This document shows positions 1 through 12,051 of a DNA stretch of 64,000 bases, in pieces. The notes beneath the pieces are model-generated. The model was not told where the DNA came from. It saw only the letters and a program-made list of their open reading frames with translations, and did no database searches. The DNA comes from Bugula neritina. Taxonomy: Eukaryota; Animalia; Bryozoa. Both the position numbers and the translations under genes were made by a program. The stretch is taken from NCBI GenBank assembly GCA_964035545.1, contig CAXIUT010000103.1:186001-250000 (forward strand). The letters are read 5' to 3'. The number at the start of each line of letters is the position of its first letter. The stretch's first letter is position 1.

Positions 1-115
1 ATATTGTCCATCAGCAGGAGCATGCGCCTTGCAGTTATTATGGAAATACCAGTGATGCTGGAAGACCTTTGCATTGTACACCTGCCTTTACTATTGAATT
101 TAGATGTTTTATTTT

Positions 116-144
116 CCCCTCCCCTCTCCCTCCCCCCTGTCCCC
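116..144 (-). other. Putative G-quadruplex / polypurine-polypyrimidine tract (one per monomer; copy 1 shown)
   Basis: The minus strand reads GGGG-ACA-GGGGGG-A-GGG-AGA-GGGG-A-GGGG. Five G-runs with 1-3 nt loops fit the canonical G3+N1-7 pattern. Folding in vivo is not shown. Confidence 0.7.
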
Positions 145-162
145 TCTAACAACCAGTAATCC

Positions 163-423
163 TGACTCATGTAAAATGTGTTATTGTTTTAGAGTTGGAC
201 CATGGGCCTACAGTATACGATTTGAAGCTTCATAGTTTACAGGCAGTCGAGATGAGTCATTGCTGAAACCAATTTTTATTAGTAGACTATATTGCTCTTC
301 AATCATCAGTTTTCATATTAAAACAGAAAGCTCATCCGCAGCACCATTTCACAGTGTTATATTTTGCTAGAGCAATAACTAATTTTAGATGCCTTTGCAA
401 ACATATGAGAAATAAATGAGTCA
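163..423. promoter_or_regulatory. Cluster of three AP-1/TRE-type bZIP motifs TGA(C/G)TCA (copy 1 shown)
   Basis: TGACTCA at 163-169, TGAGTCA at 253-259 and TGAGTCA at 417-423. All three extend to ATGAGTCA on one strand. The motif match is exact, but function is inferred only. Confidence 0.35.
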
Positions 424-956
424 TTCTATGAAAAGAGGTGTTTGCAGCAATTGTCCACTTTTGATTTAGACGCGGCATAGAAACTTTTGTAGTTTTAAAT
501 AATATCTCCAATCTCATCACTTGCATGTGTTTAGATACTTGATAAAGTTTTTTATGCAAAACTTGATGCCTGCTTCAATGACACCAGTGCTTAATTACTG
601 TGTTAACTGTATTGGCACAATGCCATGAGATATTTGGTAATATTTCGCATCACAACAAACTCTTCAGAAAATGAAGAAAATCAGTCTAGAAAGTTAATGA
701 AATAAACCTACCAGAGAGAGTAAGCCAGATGTGACAAGTTGATCCAAAACAAGTTGATTAACAGTTGAAGTTGAAGTCTCCATGTAGTGAACACTTTAGT
801 CCTAATGTCAAATGCAAACGTCTGCTACCAAACTGTGTAGACTTCATGAGCTGGTTAGCTGACAGGACTCATTAAAGTTCTTAACTCTTGTGTGTATGGT
901 GATGCCCATCTTGAACTAGAGAGGGCTGACTAAAGACTGCTACTTTGTGAAAATTG

Positions 957-1028
957 ACAATGCATATTATTATTATTCATTGTTGAGATTCACGACTGCC
1001 ATAAACAATGATAAATTATTCATTGTTG
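957..1028. repeat. Internal imperfect direct repeat, each half self-complementary (copy 1 shown)
   Basis: ACAATG-CATATTATTATTATT-CATTGTTG (957-985) and ACAATG-ATAAATTATT-CATTGTTG (1005-1028). ACAATG/CATTGT can form a short stem in each half. Confidence 0.7.
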
Positions 1029-1099
1029 GTACTAGTGAGTAAATTAAAATATAATATAATATTTTCTTGACAGATAAATAATATCGTATACAGAATCTA

Positions 1100-1108
1100 A
1101 CTTACCAT
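1100..1108 (-). other. Candidate 5' splice donor ATG|GTAAGT (one per monomer; copy 1 shown)
   Basis: Plus-strand ACTTACCAT reads ATG|GTAAGT on the minus strand. It matches the consensus from -1 to +6, is followed by a very AT-rich stretch (961-1099), and is retained in both A and B. Confidence 0.3.
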
Positions 1109-4100
1109 AACTCTACAGTGCTTCACCTCTTCAAATTTTTCGGCAATGTTATTTCTTTCTAGTTAGAAGTACTAGCTGAATATAGGACTATGAAACATAA
1201 CCCTTCAATTTCATTGCACCAGCACCGGTTGCAAGATAGGTGTAGTGGGAGTTATCTTTCCTGAAATTTCGTTCTTGGCGTTTATACGAAGCAGACACAG
1301 GCTAATATTAGTTTAGTTATTTGAAAGAGTTTTGCTGTCATATTGTCCATCAGCAGGAGCTTGCGCCTTGCAGTTATTATGGAAATACCAGTGATGCTGG
1401 AAGACCTTGGCATTGTACACCCGCCTTTACTATTGAATTTAGATGTTTTATTTTCCCGTCCCCTCTCCCTCCCCCCTGTCCCCTCTAACAACCAGTAATC
1501 CTGACTCATGTAAAATGTGTTATTGTTTCAGAGTTGGACCATGGGCCTACAGTATACGATTTGAAGCTTCATAGTTTACAGGCAGTCGAGATGAGTCATT
1601 GCTGAAACCAATTTTTATTAGTAGACTATATTGCTCTTCAATCATCAGTTTTCATATTAAAACAGAAAGCTCATCTGCAGCACCATTTCACAGTGTTATT
1701 TTTTGCTAGAGCAATAACTAATTTTAGATGCCTTTGCAAACATATGAGAAATAAATGAGTCATTCTATGAAAAGAGGTGTTAGCAGCAATTGTCCACTTT
1801 TGATTTAGACGCGGCATAGAAACTTTTGTAGTTTTAAATAATATCTCCAATCTCATCACTTGCATGTGTTTAGATACTTGATAAAGTCTTTTATGCAAAA
1901 TTTGATGCCTGCTTCAATGACACCAGTGCTTAATTACTGTGTTAACTGTATTGGCACAATGCCATGAGATATTTGGTAATATTTCGCATCACAACAAACT
2001 CTTCAGAAAATGAAGAAAATCAGTCTAGAAAGTTAATGAAATAAACCTACCAGAGAGAGTAAGCCAGATGTGACAAGTTGATCCAAAACAAGTTGATTAA
2101 CAGTTGAAGTTGAAGTCTCCATGTAGTGAACACTTTAGTCCTAATGTCAAATGCAAACGTCTGCTACCAAACTGTGTAGACTTCATGAGCTGGTTAGCTG
2201 ACAGGACTCATTAAAGTTCTTAACTCTTGTGTGTATGGTGATGCCCATCTTGAACTAGAGAGGGCTGACTAAAGACTGCTACTTTGTGAAAATTGACAAT
2301 GCATATTATTATTATTCATTGTTGAGATTCACGACTGCCATAAACAATGATAAATTATTCATTGTTGGTACTAGTGAGTAAATTAAAATATAATATAATA
2401 TTTTCTTGACAGATAAATAATATCGTATACAGAATCTAACTTACCATAACTCTACAGTGCTTCACCTCTTCAAATTTTTCGGCAATGTTATTTCTTTCTA
2501 GTTAGAAGTACTAGCTGAATATAGGACTATGAAACATAACCCTTCAATTTCATTGCACAAGCACCGGTTGCAAGATAGGTGTGGTGGGAGTTACCTTTCC
2601 TAAAATTTCGTTCTTGGCGTTTATACGAAGCAGACACAGGCTAATATTAGTTTAGTTATTTGAAAGAGTTTTGCTGTCATATTGTCCATCAGCAGGAGCA
2701 TGCGCCTTGCAGTTATTATGGAAATACCAGTGATGCTGGAAGACCTTTGCATTGTACACCTGCCTTTACTATTGAATTTAGATGTTTTATTTTCCCCTCC
2801 CCTCTCCCTCCCCCCTGTCCCCTCTAACAACCAGTAATCCTGACTCATGTAAAATGTGTTATTGTTTTAGAGTTGGACCATGGGCCTACAGTATACGATT
2901 TGAAGCTTCATAGTTTACAGGCAGTCGAGATGAGTCATTGCTGAAACCAATTTTTATTAGTAGACTATATTGCTCTTCAATCATCAGTTTTCATATTAAA
3001 ACAGAAAGCTCATCCGCAGCACCATTTCACAGTGTTATATTTTGCTAGAGCAATAACTAATTTTAGATGCCTTTGCAAACATATGAGAAATAAATGAGTC
3101 ATTCTATGAAAAGAGGTGTTTGCAGCAATTGTCCACTTTTGATTTAGACGCGGCATAGAAACTTTTGTAGTTTTAAATAATATCTCCAATCTCATCACTT
3201 GCATGTGTTTAGATACTTGATAAAGTTTTTTATGCAAAACTTGATGCCTGCTTCAATGACACCAGTGCTTAATTACTGTGTTAACTGTATTGGCACAATG
3301 CCATGAGATATTTGGTAATATTTCGCATCACAACAAACTCTTCAGAAAATGAAGAAAATCAGTCTAGAAAGTTAATGAAATAAACCTACCAGAGAGAGTA
3401 AGCCAGATGTGACAAGTTGATCCAAAACAAGTTGATTAACAGTTGAAGTTGAAGTCTCCATGTAGTGAACACTTTAGTCCTAATGTCAAATGCAAACGTC
3501 TGCTACCAAACTGTGTAGACTTCATGAGCTGGTTAGCTGACAGGACTCATTAAAGTTCTTAACTCTTGTGTGTATGGTGATGCCCATCTTGAACTAGAGA
3601 GGGCTGACTAAAGACTGCTACTTTGTGAAAATTGACAATGCATATTATTATTATTCATTGTTGAGATTCACGACTGCCATAAACAATGATAAATTATTCA
3701 TTGTTGGTACTAGTGAGTAAATTAAAATATAATATAATATTTTCTTGACAGATAAATAATATCGTATACAGAATCTAACTTACCATAACTCTACAGTGCT
3801 TCACCTCTTCAAATTTTTCGGCAATGTTATTTCTTTCTAGTTAGAAGTACTAGCTGAATATAGGACTATGAAACATAACCCTTCAATTTCATTGCACCAG
3901 CACCGGTTGCAAGATAGGTGTAGTGGGAGTTATCTTTCCTGAAATTTCGTTCTTGGCGTTTATACGAAGCAGACACAGGCTAATATTAGTTTAGTTATTT
4001 GAAAGAGTTTTGCTGTCATATTGTCCATCAGCAGGAGCTTGCGCCTTGCAGTTATTATGGAAATACCAGTGATGCTGGAAGACCTTGGCATTGTACACCC

Positions 4101-5356
4101 GCCTTTACTATTGAATTTAGATGTTTTATTTTCCCGTCCCCTCTCCCTCCCCCCTGTCCCCTCTAACAACCAGTAATCCTGACTCATGTAAAATGTGTTA
4201 TTGTTTCAGAGTTGGACCATGGGCCTACAGTATACGATTTGAAGCTTCATAGTTTACAGGCAGTCGAGATGAGTCATTGCTGAAACCAATTTTTATTAGT
4301 AGACTATATTGCTCTTCAATCATCAGTTTTCATATTAAAACAGAAAGCTCATCTGCAGCACCATTTCACAGTGTTATTTTTTGCTAGAGCAATAACTAAT
4401 TTTAGATGCCTTTGCAAACATATGAGAAATAAATGAGTCATTCTATGAAAAGAGGTGTTAGCAGCAATTGTCCACTTTTGATTTAGACGCGGCATAGAAA
4501 CTTTTGTAGTTTTAAATAATATCTCCAATCTCATCACTTGCATGTGTTTAGATACTTGATAAAGTCTTTTATGCAAAATTTGATGCCTGCTTCAATGACA
4601 CCAGTGCTTAATTACTGTGTTAACTGTATTGGCACAATGCCATGAGATATTTGGTAATATTTCGCATCACAACAAACTCTTCAGAAAATGAAGAAAATCA
4701 GTCTAGAAAGTTAATGAAATAAACCTACCAGAGAGAGTAAGCCAGATGTGACAAGTTGATCCAAAACAAGTTGATTAACAGTTGAAGTTGAAGTCTCCAT
4801 GTAGTGAACACTTTAGTCCTAATGTCAAATGCAAACGTCTGCTACCAAACTGTGTAGACTTCATGAGCTGGTTAGCTGACAGGACTCATTAAAGTTCTTA
4901 ACTCTTGTGTGTATGGTGATGCCCATCTTGAACTAGAGAGGGCTGACTAAAGACTGCTACTTTGTGAAAATTGACAATGCATATTATTATTATTCATTGT
5001 TGAGATTCACGACTGCCATAAACAATGATAAATTATTCATTGTTGGTACTAGTGAGTAAATTAAAATATAATATAATATTTTCTTGACAGATAAATAATA
5101 TCGTATACAGAATCTGACTTACCATAACTCTACAGTGCTTCACCTCTTCAAATTTTTCGGCAATGTTATTTCTTTCTAGTTAGAAGTACTAGCTGAATAT
5201 AGGACTATGAAACATAACCCTTCAATTTCATTGCACATGCACCGGTTGCAAGATAGGTGTGGTGGGAGTTATCTTTCCTAAAATTTCGTTCTTGGCGTTT
5301 ATACGAAGCAGACACAGGCTGATATTAGTTTAGTTATTTGAAAGAGTTTTGCTGTC

Positions 5357-8300
5357 ATATTGTCCATCAGCAGGAGCTGACGCCTTGCAGTTATTATGGA
5401 AATACCAGTGATGCTGGAAGACCTTTGCATTGTACACCCGCCTTTACTATCGAATTTAGATGTTTTATTTTCCCCTCCCCTCTCCCTCCCCCCTGTCCCC
5501 TCTAACAACCAGTAATACTGACTCATGTAAAATGTGTTATTGTTTTAGAGTTGGACCATGGGCCTAGAGTATACGATTTGAAGCTTTATAGTTTACAGGC
5601 AGTCGAGATGAGTCATTGCTGAAACCAATTTTTATTAGTAGACTATATTGCTCTTCAATCACCAGTTTTCATATTAAAACAGAAAGCTCATCCGCAGCAC
5701 CATTTCACAGTGTTATATTTTGCTAGAGCAATAACTAATTTTAGATGCCTTTGCAAACATATGAGAAATAAATGAGTCATTCTATGAAAAGAGGTGTTTG
5801 CAGCAATTGTCCACTTTTGATTTAGACGCGGCATGGAAACTTTTGTAGTTTTAAATAATATCTCCAATCTCATCACTTGCATGTGTTTAGATACTTGATA
5901 AAGTTTTTTATGCAAAATTTGATGCCTGCTTCAATGACACCAGTGCTTAGTTACTGTGTTAACTGTATTGGCACAATGCCATGAGATATTTGGTAATATT
6001 TCGCATCACAACAAACTCTTCAGAAAATGAAGAAAATCAGTCTAGAAAGTTAATGAAATAAACCTACCAGAGAGAGTAAGCCAGATGTGACAAGTTGATC
6101 CAAAACAAGTTGATTAACAGTTGAAGTTGAAGTCTCCATGTAGTGAACACTTTAGTCCTAATGTCAAATGCAAACGTCTGCTACCAAACTGTGTAGACTT
6201 CATGAGCTGGTTAGCTGACAGGACTCATTAAAGTTCTTAACTCTTGTGTGTATGGTGATGCCCATCTTGAACTAGAGAGGGCTGACTAAAGACTGCTACT
6301 TTGTGAAAATTGACAATGCATATTATTATTATTCATTGTTGAGATTCACGACTGCCATAAACAATGATAAATTATTCATTGTTGGTACTAGTGAGTAAAT
6401 TAAAATATAATATAATATTTTCTTGACAGATAAATAATATCGTATACAGAATCTAACTTACCATAACTCTAAAGTGCTTCACCTCTTCAAATTTTTCGGC
6501 AATGTTATTTCTTTCTAGTTAGAAGTACTAGCTGAATATAGGACTATGAAACATAACCCTTCAATTTCATTGCACAAGCACCGGTTGCAAGATAGGTGTG
6601 GTGGGAGTTATCTTTCCTAAAATTTCGTTCTTGGCGTTTATACGAAGCAGACACAGGCTGATATTAGTTTAGTTATTTGAAAGAGTTTTGCTGTCATATT
6701 GTCCATCAGCAGGAGCTTGCGCCTTGCAGTTATTATGGAAATACCAGTGATGCTGGAAGACCTTGGCATTGTACACCCGCCTTTACTATTGAATTTAGAT
6801 GTTTTATTTTCCCCTCCCCTCTCCCTCCTCCCTGTCCCCTCTAACAACCAGTAATCCTGACTCATGTAAAATGTGTTATTGTTTCAGAGTTGGACCATGG
6901 GCCTACAGTATACGATTTGAAGTTTCATAGTTTACAGGCAGTCGAGATGAGTCATTGCTGAAACCAATTTTTATTAGTAGACTATATTGCTCTTCAATCA
7001 TCAGTTTTCATATTAAAACAGAAAGCTCATCCGCAGCACCATTTCACAGTGTTATATTTTGCTAGAGCAATAACTAATTTTAGATGCCTTTGCAAACATA
7101 TGAGAAATAAATGAGTCATTCTATGAAAAGAGGTGTTTGCAGCAATTGTCCACTTTTGATTTAGACGCGGCATAGAAACTTTTGTAGTTTTCAATAATAT
7201 CTCCAATCTCATCACTTGCATGTGTTTAGATACTTGATAAAGTTTTTTATGCAAAATTTGATGCCTGCTTCAATGACACCAGTGCTTAATTACTGTGTTA
7301 ACTGTATTGGCACAATGCCATGAGATATTTGGTAATATTTCGCATCACAACAAACTCTTCAGAAAATGAAGAAAATCAGTCTAGAAAGTTAATGAAATAA
7401 ACCTACCAGAGAGAGTAAGCCAGATGTGACAAGTTGATCCAAAACAAGTTGATTAACAGTTGAAGTTGAAGTCTCCATGTAGTGAACACTTTAGTCCTAA
7501 TGTCAAATGCAAACGTCTGCTACCAAACTGTGTAGACTTCATGAGCTGGTTAGCTGACAGGACTCATTAAAGTTCTTAACTCTTGTGTGTATGGTGATGC
7601 CCTTCTTGAACTAGAGAGGGCTGACTAAAGACTGCTACTTTGTGAAAATTGACAATGCATATTATTATTATTCATTGTTGAGATTCACGACTGCCATAAA
7701 CAATGATAAATTATTCATTGTTGGTACTAGTGAGTAAATTAAAATATAATATAATATTTTCTTGACAGATAAATAATATCGTATACAGAATCTAACTTAC
7801 CATAACTCTACAGTGCTTCACCTCTTCAAATTTTTCGGCAATGTTATTTCTTTCTAGTTAGAAGTACTAGCTGAATATAGGACTATGAAACATAACCCTT
7901 CAATTTCATTGCACCAGCACCGTTCTCAAGAAAGGTGTGGTGGGAGTTATCTTTCCTAAAATTTTGTTCCTGGCGTTTATACGAAGCAGACACAGGCTAA
8001 TATTAGTTTAGTTATTTGAAAGAGTTTTGCAGTCATATTGTCCATCAGCAGTAGCTGACGCCTTGCAGTTATTATGGAAATACCAGTGATGCTGGAAGAC
8101 CTTTGCATTGTACACCCGCATTTACTATCGAATTTAGGTGTTTTATTTTCCCCTCCCCTCTCCCTCCCCCCTGTCCCCTCTAACAACCAGTAATCCTGAC
8201 TCATGTAAAATGTGTTATTGTTTTAGAGTTGGACCATGGGCCTAGAGTATACGATTTGAAGCTTTATAGTTTACAGGCAGTCGAGATGAGTCATTGCTGA

Positions 8301-11300
8301 AACCAATTTTTATTAGTAGACTATATTGCTCTTCAATCATCAGTTTTCATATTAAAACAGAAAGCTCATCCGCAGCACCATTTCACAGTGTTATATTTTG
8401 CTAGAGCAATAACTAATTTTAGATGCCTTTGCAAACATATGAGAAATAAATGAGTCATTCTATGAAAAGAGGTGTTTGCAGCAATTGTCCACTTTTGATT
8501 CAGACGCGGCATGGAAACTTTTGTAGTTTTAAATAATATCTCCAATCTCATCACTTGCATGTGTTTAGATACTTGATAAAGTTTTTTATGCAAAATTTGA
8601 TGCCTGCTTCAATGACACCAGTGCTTAGTTACTGTGTTAACTGTATTGGCACAATGCCATGAGATATTTGGTAATATTTCGCATCACAACAAACTCTTCA
8701 GAAAATGAAGAAAATCAGTCTAGAAAGTTAATGAAATAAACCTACCAGAGAGAGTAAGCCAGATGTGACAAGTTGATCCAAAACAAGTTGATTAACAGTT
8801 GAAGTTGAAGTCTCCATGTAGTGAACACTTTAGTCCTAATGTCAAATGCAAACGTCTGCTACCAAACTGTGTAGACTTCATGAGCTGGTTAGCTGACAGG
8901 ACTCATTAAAGTTCTTAACTCTTGTGTGTATGGTGATGCCCATCTTGAACTAGAGAGGGCTGACTAAAGACTGCTACTTTGTGAAAATTGACAATGCATA
9001 TTATTATTATTCATTGTTGAGATTCACGACTGCCATAAACAATGATAAATTATTCATTGTTGGTACTAGTGAGTAAATTAAAATATAATATAATATTTTC
9101 TTGACAGATAAATAATATCGTATACAGAATCTAACTTACCATAACTCTAAAGTGCTTCACCTCTTCAAATTTTTCGGCAATGTTATTTCTTTCTAGTTAG
9201 AAGTACTAGCTGAATATAGGACTATGAAACATAACCCTTCAATTTCATTGCACAAGCACCGGTTGCAAGATAGGTGTGGTGGGAGTTATCTTTCCTAAAA
9301 TTTCGTTCTTGGCGTTTATACGAAGCAGACACAGGCTGATATTAGTTTAGTTATTTGAAAGAGTTTTGCTGTCATATTGTCCATCAGCAGGAGCTTGCGC
9401 CTTGCAGTTATTATGGAAATACCAGTGATGCTGGAAGACCTTGGCATTGTACACCCGCCTTTACTATTGAATTTAGATGTTTTATTTTCCCCTCCCCTCT
9501 CCCTCCCCCCTGTCCCCTCTAACAACCAGTAATCCTGACTCATGTAAAATGTGTTATTGTTTCAGAGTTGGACCATGGGCCTACAGTATACGATTTGAAG
9601 TTTCATAGTTTACAGGCAGTCGAGATGAGTCATTGCTGAAACCAATTTTTATTAGTAGACTATATTGCTCTTCAATCATCAGTTTTCATATTAAAACAGA
9701 AAGCTCATCCGCAGCACCATTTCATAGTGTTATATTTTGCTAGAGCAATAACTAATTTTAGATGCCTTTGCAAACATATGAGAAATAAATGAGTCATTCT
9801 ATGAAAAGAGGTGTTTGCAGCAATTGTCCACTTTTGATTTAGACGCGGCATAGAAACTTTTGTAGTTTTTAATAATATCTCCAATCTCATCACTTGCATG
9901 TGTTTAGATACTTGATAAAGTTTTTTATGCAAAATTTGATGCCTGCTTCAATGACACCAGTGCTTAATTACTGTGTTAACTGTATTGGCACAATGCCATG
10001 AGATATTTGGTAATATTTCGCATCACAACAAACTCTTCAGAAAATGAAGAAAATCAGTCTAGAAAGTTAATGAAATAAACCTACCAGAGAGAGTAAGCCA
10101 GATGTGACAAGTTGATCCAAAACAAGTTGATTAACAGTTGAAGTTGAAGTCTCCATGTAGTGAACACTTTAGTCCTAATGTCAAATGCAAACGTCTGCTA
10201 CCAAACTGTGTAGACTTCATGAGCTGGTTAGCTGACAGGACTCATTAAAGTTCTTAACTCTTGTGTGTATGGTGATGCCCATCTTGAACTAGAGAGGGCT
10301 GACTAAAGACTGCTACTTTGTGAAAATTGACAATGCATATTATTATTATTCATTGTTGAGATTCACGACTGCCATAAACAATGATAAATTATTCATTGTT
10401 GGTACTAGTGAGTAAATTAAAATATAATATAATATTTTCTTGACAGATAAATAATATCGTATACAGAATCTAACTTACCATAACTCTACAGTGCTTCACC
10501 TCTTCAAATTTTTCGGCAATGTTATTTCTTTCTAGTTAGAAGTACTAGCTGAATATAGGACTATGAAACATAACCCTTCAATTTCATTGCACCAGCACCG
10601 TTCTCAAGAAAGGTGTGGTGGGAGTTATCTTTCCTAAAATTTTGTTCCTGGCGTTTATACGAAGCAGACACAGGCTAATATTAGTTTAGTTATTTGAAAG
10701 AGTTTTGCAGTCATATTGTCCATCAGCAGGAGCTGACGCCTTGCAGTTATTATGGAAATACCAGTGATGCTGGAAGACCTTTGCATTGTACACCCGCCTT
10801 TACTATCGAATTTAGATGTTTTATTTTCCCCTCCCCTCTCCCTCCCCCCTGTCCCCTCTAACAACCAGTAATCCTGACTCATGTAAAATGTGTTATTGTT
10901 TTAGAGTTGGACCATGGGCCTAGAGTATACGATTTGAAGCTTTATAGTTTACAGGCAGTCGAGATGAGTCATTGCTGAAACCAATTTTTATTAGTAGACT
11001 ATATTGCTCTTCAATCATCAGTTTTCATATTAAAACAGAAAGCTCATCCGCAGCACCATTTCACAGTGTTATATTTTGCTAGAGCAATAACTAATTTTAG
11101 ATGCCTTTGCAAACATATGAGAAATAAATGAGTCATTCTATGAAAAGAGGTGTTTGCAGCAATTGTCCACTTCTGATTTAGACGCGGCATGGAAACTTTT
11201 GTAGTTTTAAATAATATCTCCAATCTCATCACTTGCATGTGTTTAGATACTTGATAAAGTTTTTTATGCAAAATTTGATGCCTGCTTCAATGACACCAGT

Positions 11301-12051
11301 GCTTAGTTACTGTGTTAACTGTATTGGCACAATGCCATGAGATATTTGGTAATATTTCGCATCACAACAAACTCTTCAGAAAATGAAGAAAATCAGTCTA
11401 GAAAGTTAATGAAATAAACCTACCAGAGAGAGTAAGCCAGATGTGACAAGTTGATCCAAAACAAGTTGATTAACAGTTGAAGTTGAAGTCTCCATGTAGT
11501 GAACACTTTAGTCCTAATGTCAAATGCAAACGTCTGCTACCAAACTGTGTAGACTTCATGAGCTGGTTAGCTGACAGAACTCATTAAAGTTCTTAACTCT
11601 TGTGTGTATGGTGATGCCCATCTTGAACTAGAGAGGGCTGACTAAAGACTGCTACTTTGTGAAAATTGACAATGCATATTATTATTATTCATTGTTGAGA
11701 TTCACGACTGCCATAAACAATGATAAATTATTCATTGTTGGTACTAGTGAGTAAATTAAAATATAATATAATATTTTCTTGACAGATAAATAATATCGTA
11801 TACAGAATCTAACTTACCATAACTCTAAAGTGCTTCACCTCTTCAAATTTTTCGGCAATGTTATTTCTTTCTAGTTAGAAGTACTAGCTGAATATAGGAC
11901 TATGAAACATAACCCTTCAATTTCATTGCACAAGCACCGGTTGCAAGATAGGTGTGGTGGGAGTTATCTTTCCTAAAATTTCGTTCTTGGCGTTTATACG
12001 AAGCAGACACAGGCTGATATTAGTTTAGTTATTTGAAAGAGTTTTGCTGTC
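5357..12051. repeat. Dimer higher-order block (monomers 5/7/9 alternating with 6/8)
   Basis: Monomers 5, 7 and 9 share GCTGACGCC, TATCGAATT, CCTAGAGT, CTTAGTTAC and CTAAAGTG. Monomers 6 and 8 share AAGTTTCATAG and CCGTTCTCAAGAAAGG. Confidence 0.8.

Larger units (their letters stand above)
1..1339. repeat. Representative monomer 1 (subfamily A; phase arbitrary, set by the window start)
   Basis: ATATTGTCCATCAGCAGGAG recurs at 1340, 2679, 4018 etc. Hand count gives ~479 G+C in 1339 bp (~36%). Confidence 0.97.
1..5115. repeat. Dimer higher-order duplication (monomers 1-2 copied as 3-4; 2678 bp period)
   Basis: Monomers 1 and 3 share AAAACTTG, TGTAGTGG and CCTGAAAT. Monomers 2 and 4 share CCCGTC, TCTGCAG, TTATTTTTTG, GTTAGCAG and AAGTCTTT. 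Confidence 0.85.

Noticed and set aside
186-194. GTTTTAGAG resembling the start of a type II-A CRISPR repeat
   Set aside because: Only 9 nt match, the motif varies between copies, and there are no unique spacers or cas genes. The period is 1.34 kb.
396-446. TGCAAACA...TGTTTGCA inverted repeat as a pre-miRNA
   Set aside because: Only an 8-10 bp stem with a poorly paired interior. No conserved miR-430/427-type AAGTGC seed, which appears only as a sporadic variant.
302-520. C/D-box snoRNA from minus-strand GTGATGA (~514-520) or TGATGA (~303-308)
   Set aside because: No conserved CTGA D box at a typical distance and no convincing terminal stem. A snoscan or cmscan run would settle it.
332-559. 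75-aa minus-strand ORF (MHKKLYQVSK...) present in nearly every monomer
   Set aside because: Non-ATG (TTG) start in A copies, no recognisable domain, many amino-acid-changing differences between copies, and truncation by a TAA in three copies. By rough estimate, a frame of this length per 1.3 kb over six frames is not unexpected. Recurrence only reflects the repeat.
686-711. 26-nt GT...AG ciliate-like mini-intron on the minus strand
   Set aside because: Flanking frames still contain TGA stops, and nothing else in the window supports a ciliate gene.
1070-1150. Spliced-leader RNA gene (flatworm leaders end in ATG followed by GT) or U1 5' end (ACTTACC)
   Set aside because: No Sm-site or stem-loops evident downstream of the donor, the flanks are the most variable part of the monomer, and there is no further similarity to U1.
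1420-1433. CGCCTTTACTA resembling U5 snRNA loop 1 (GCCTTTTAC)
   Set aside because: One T short, no flanking U5 stem or Sm site, and variable among copies.
1282-1509. 75-aa minus-strand ORF (MSQDYWLLEGTGG...) and overlapping 60-94 aa ORFs in other copies
   Set aside because: It runs through the stop-poor G-tract, is frameshifted by poly-C length changes in B1, and loses its ATG in B2. No homology recognised.
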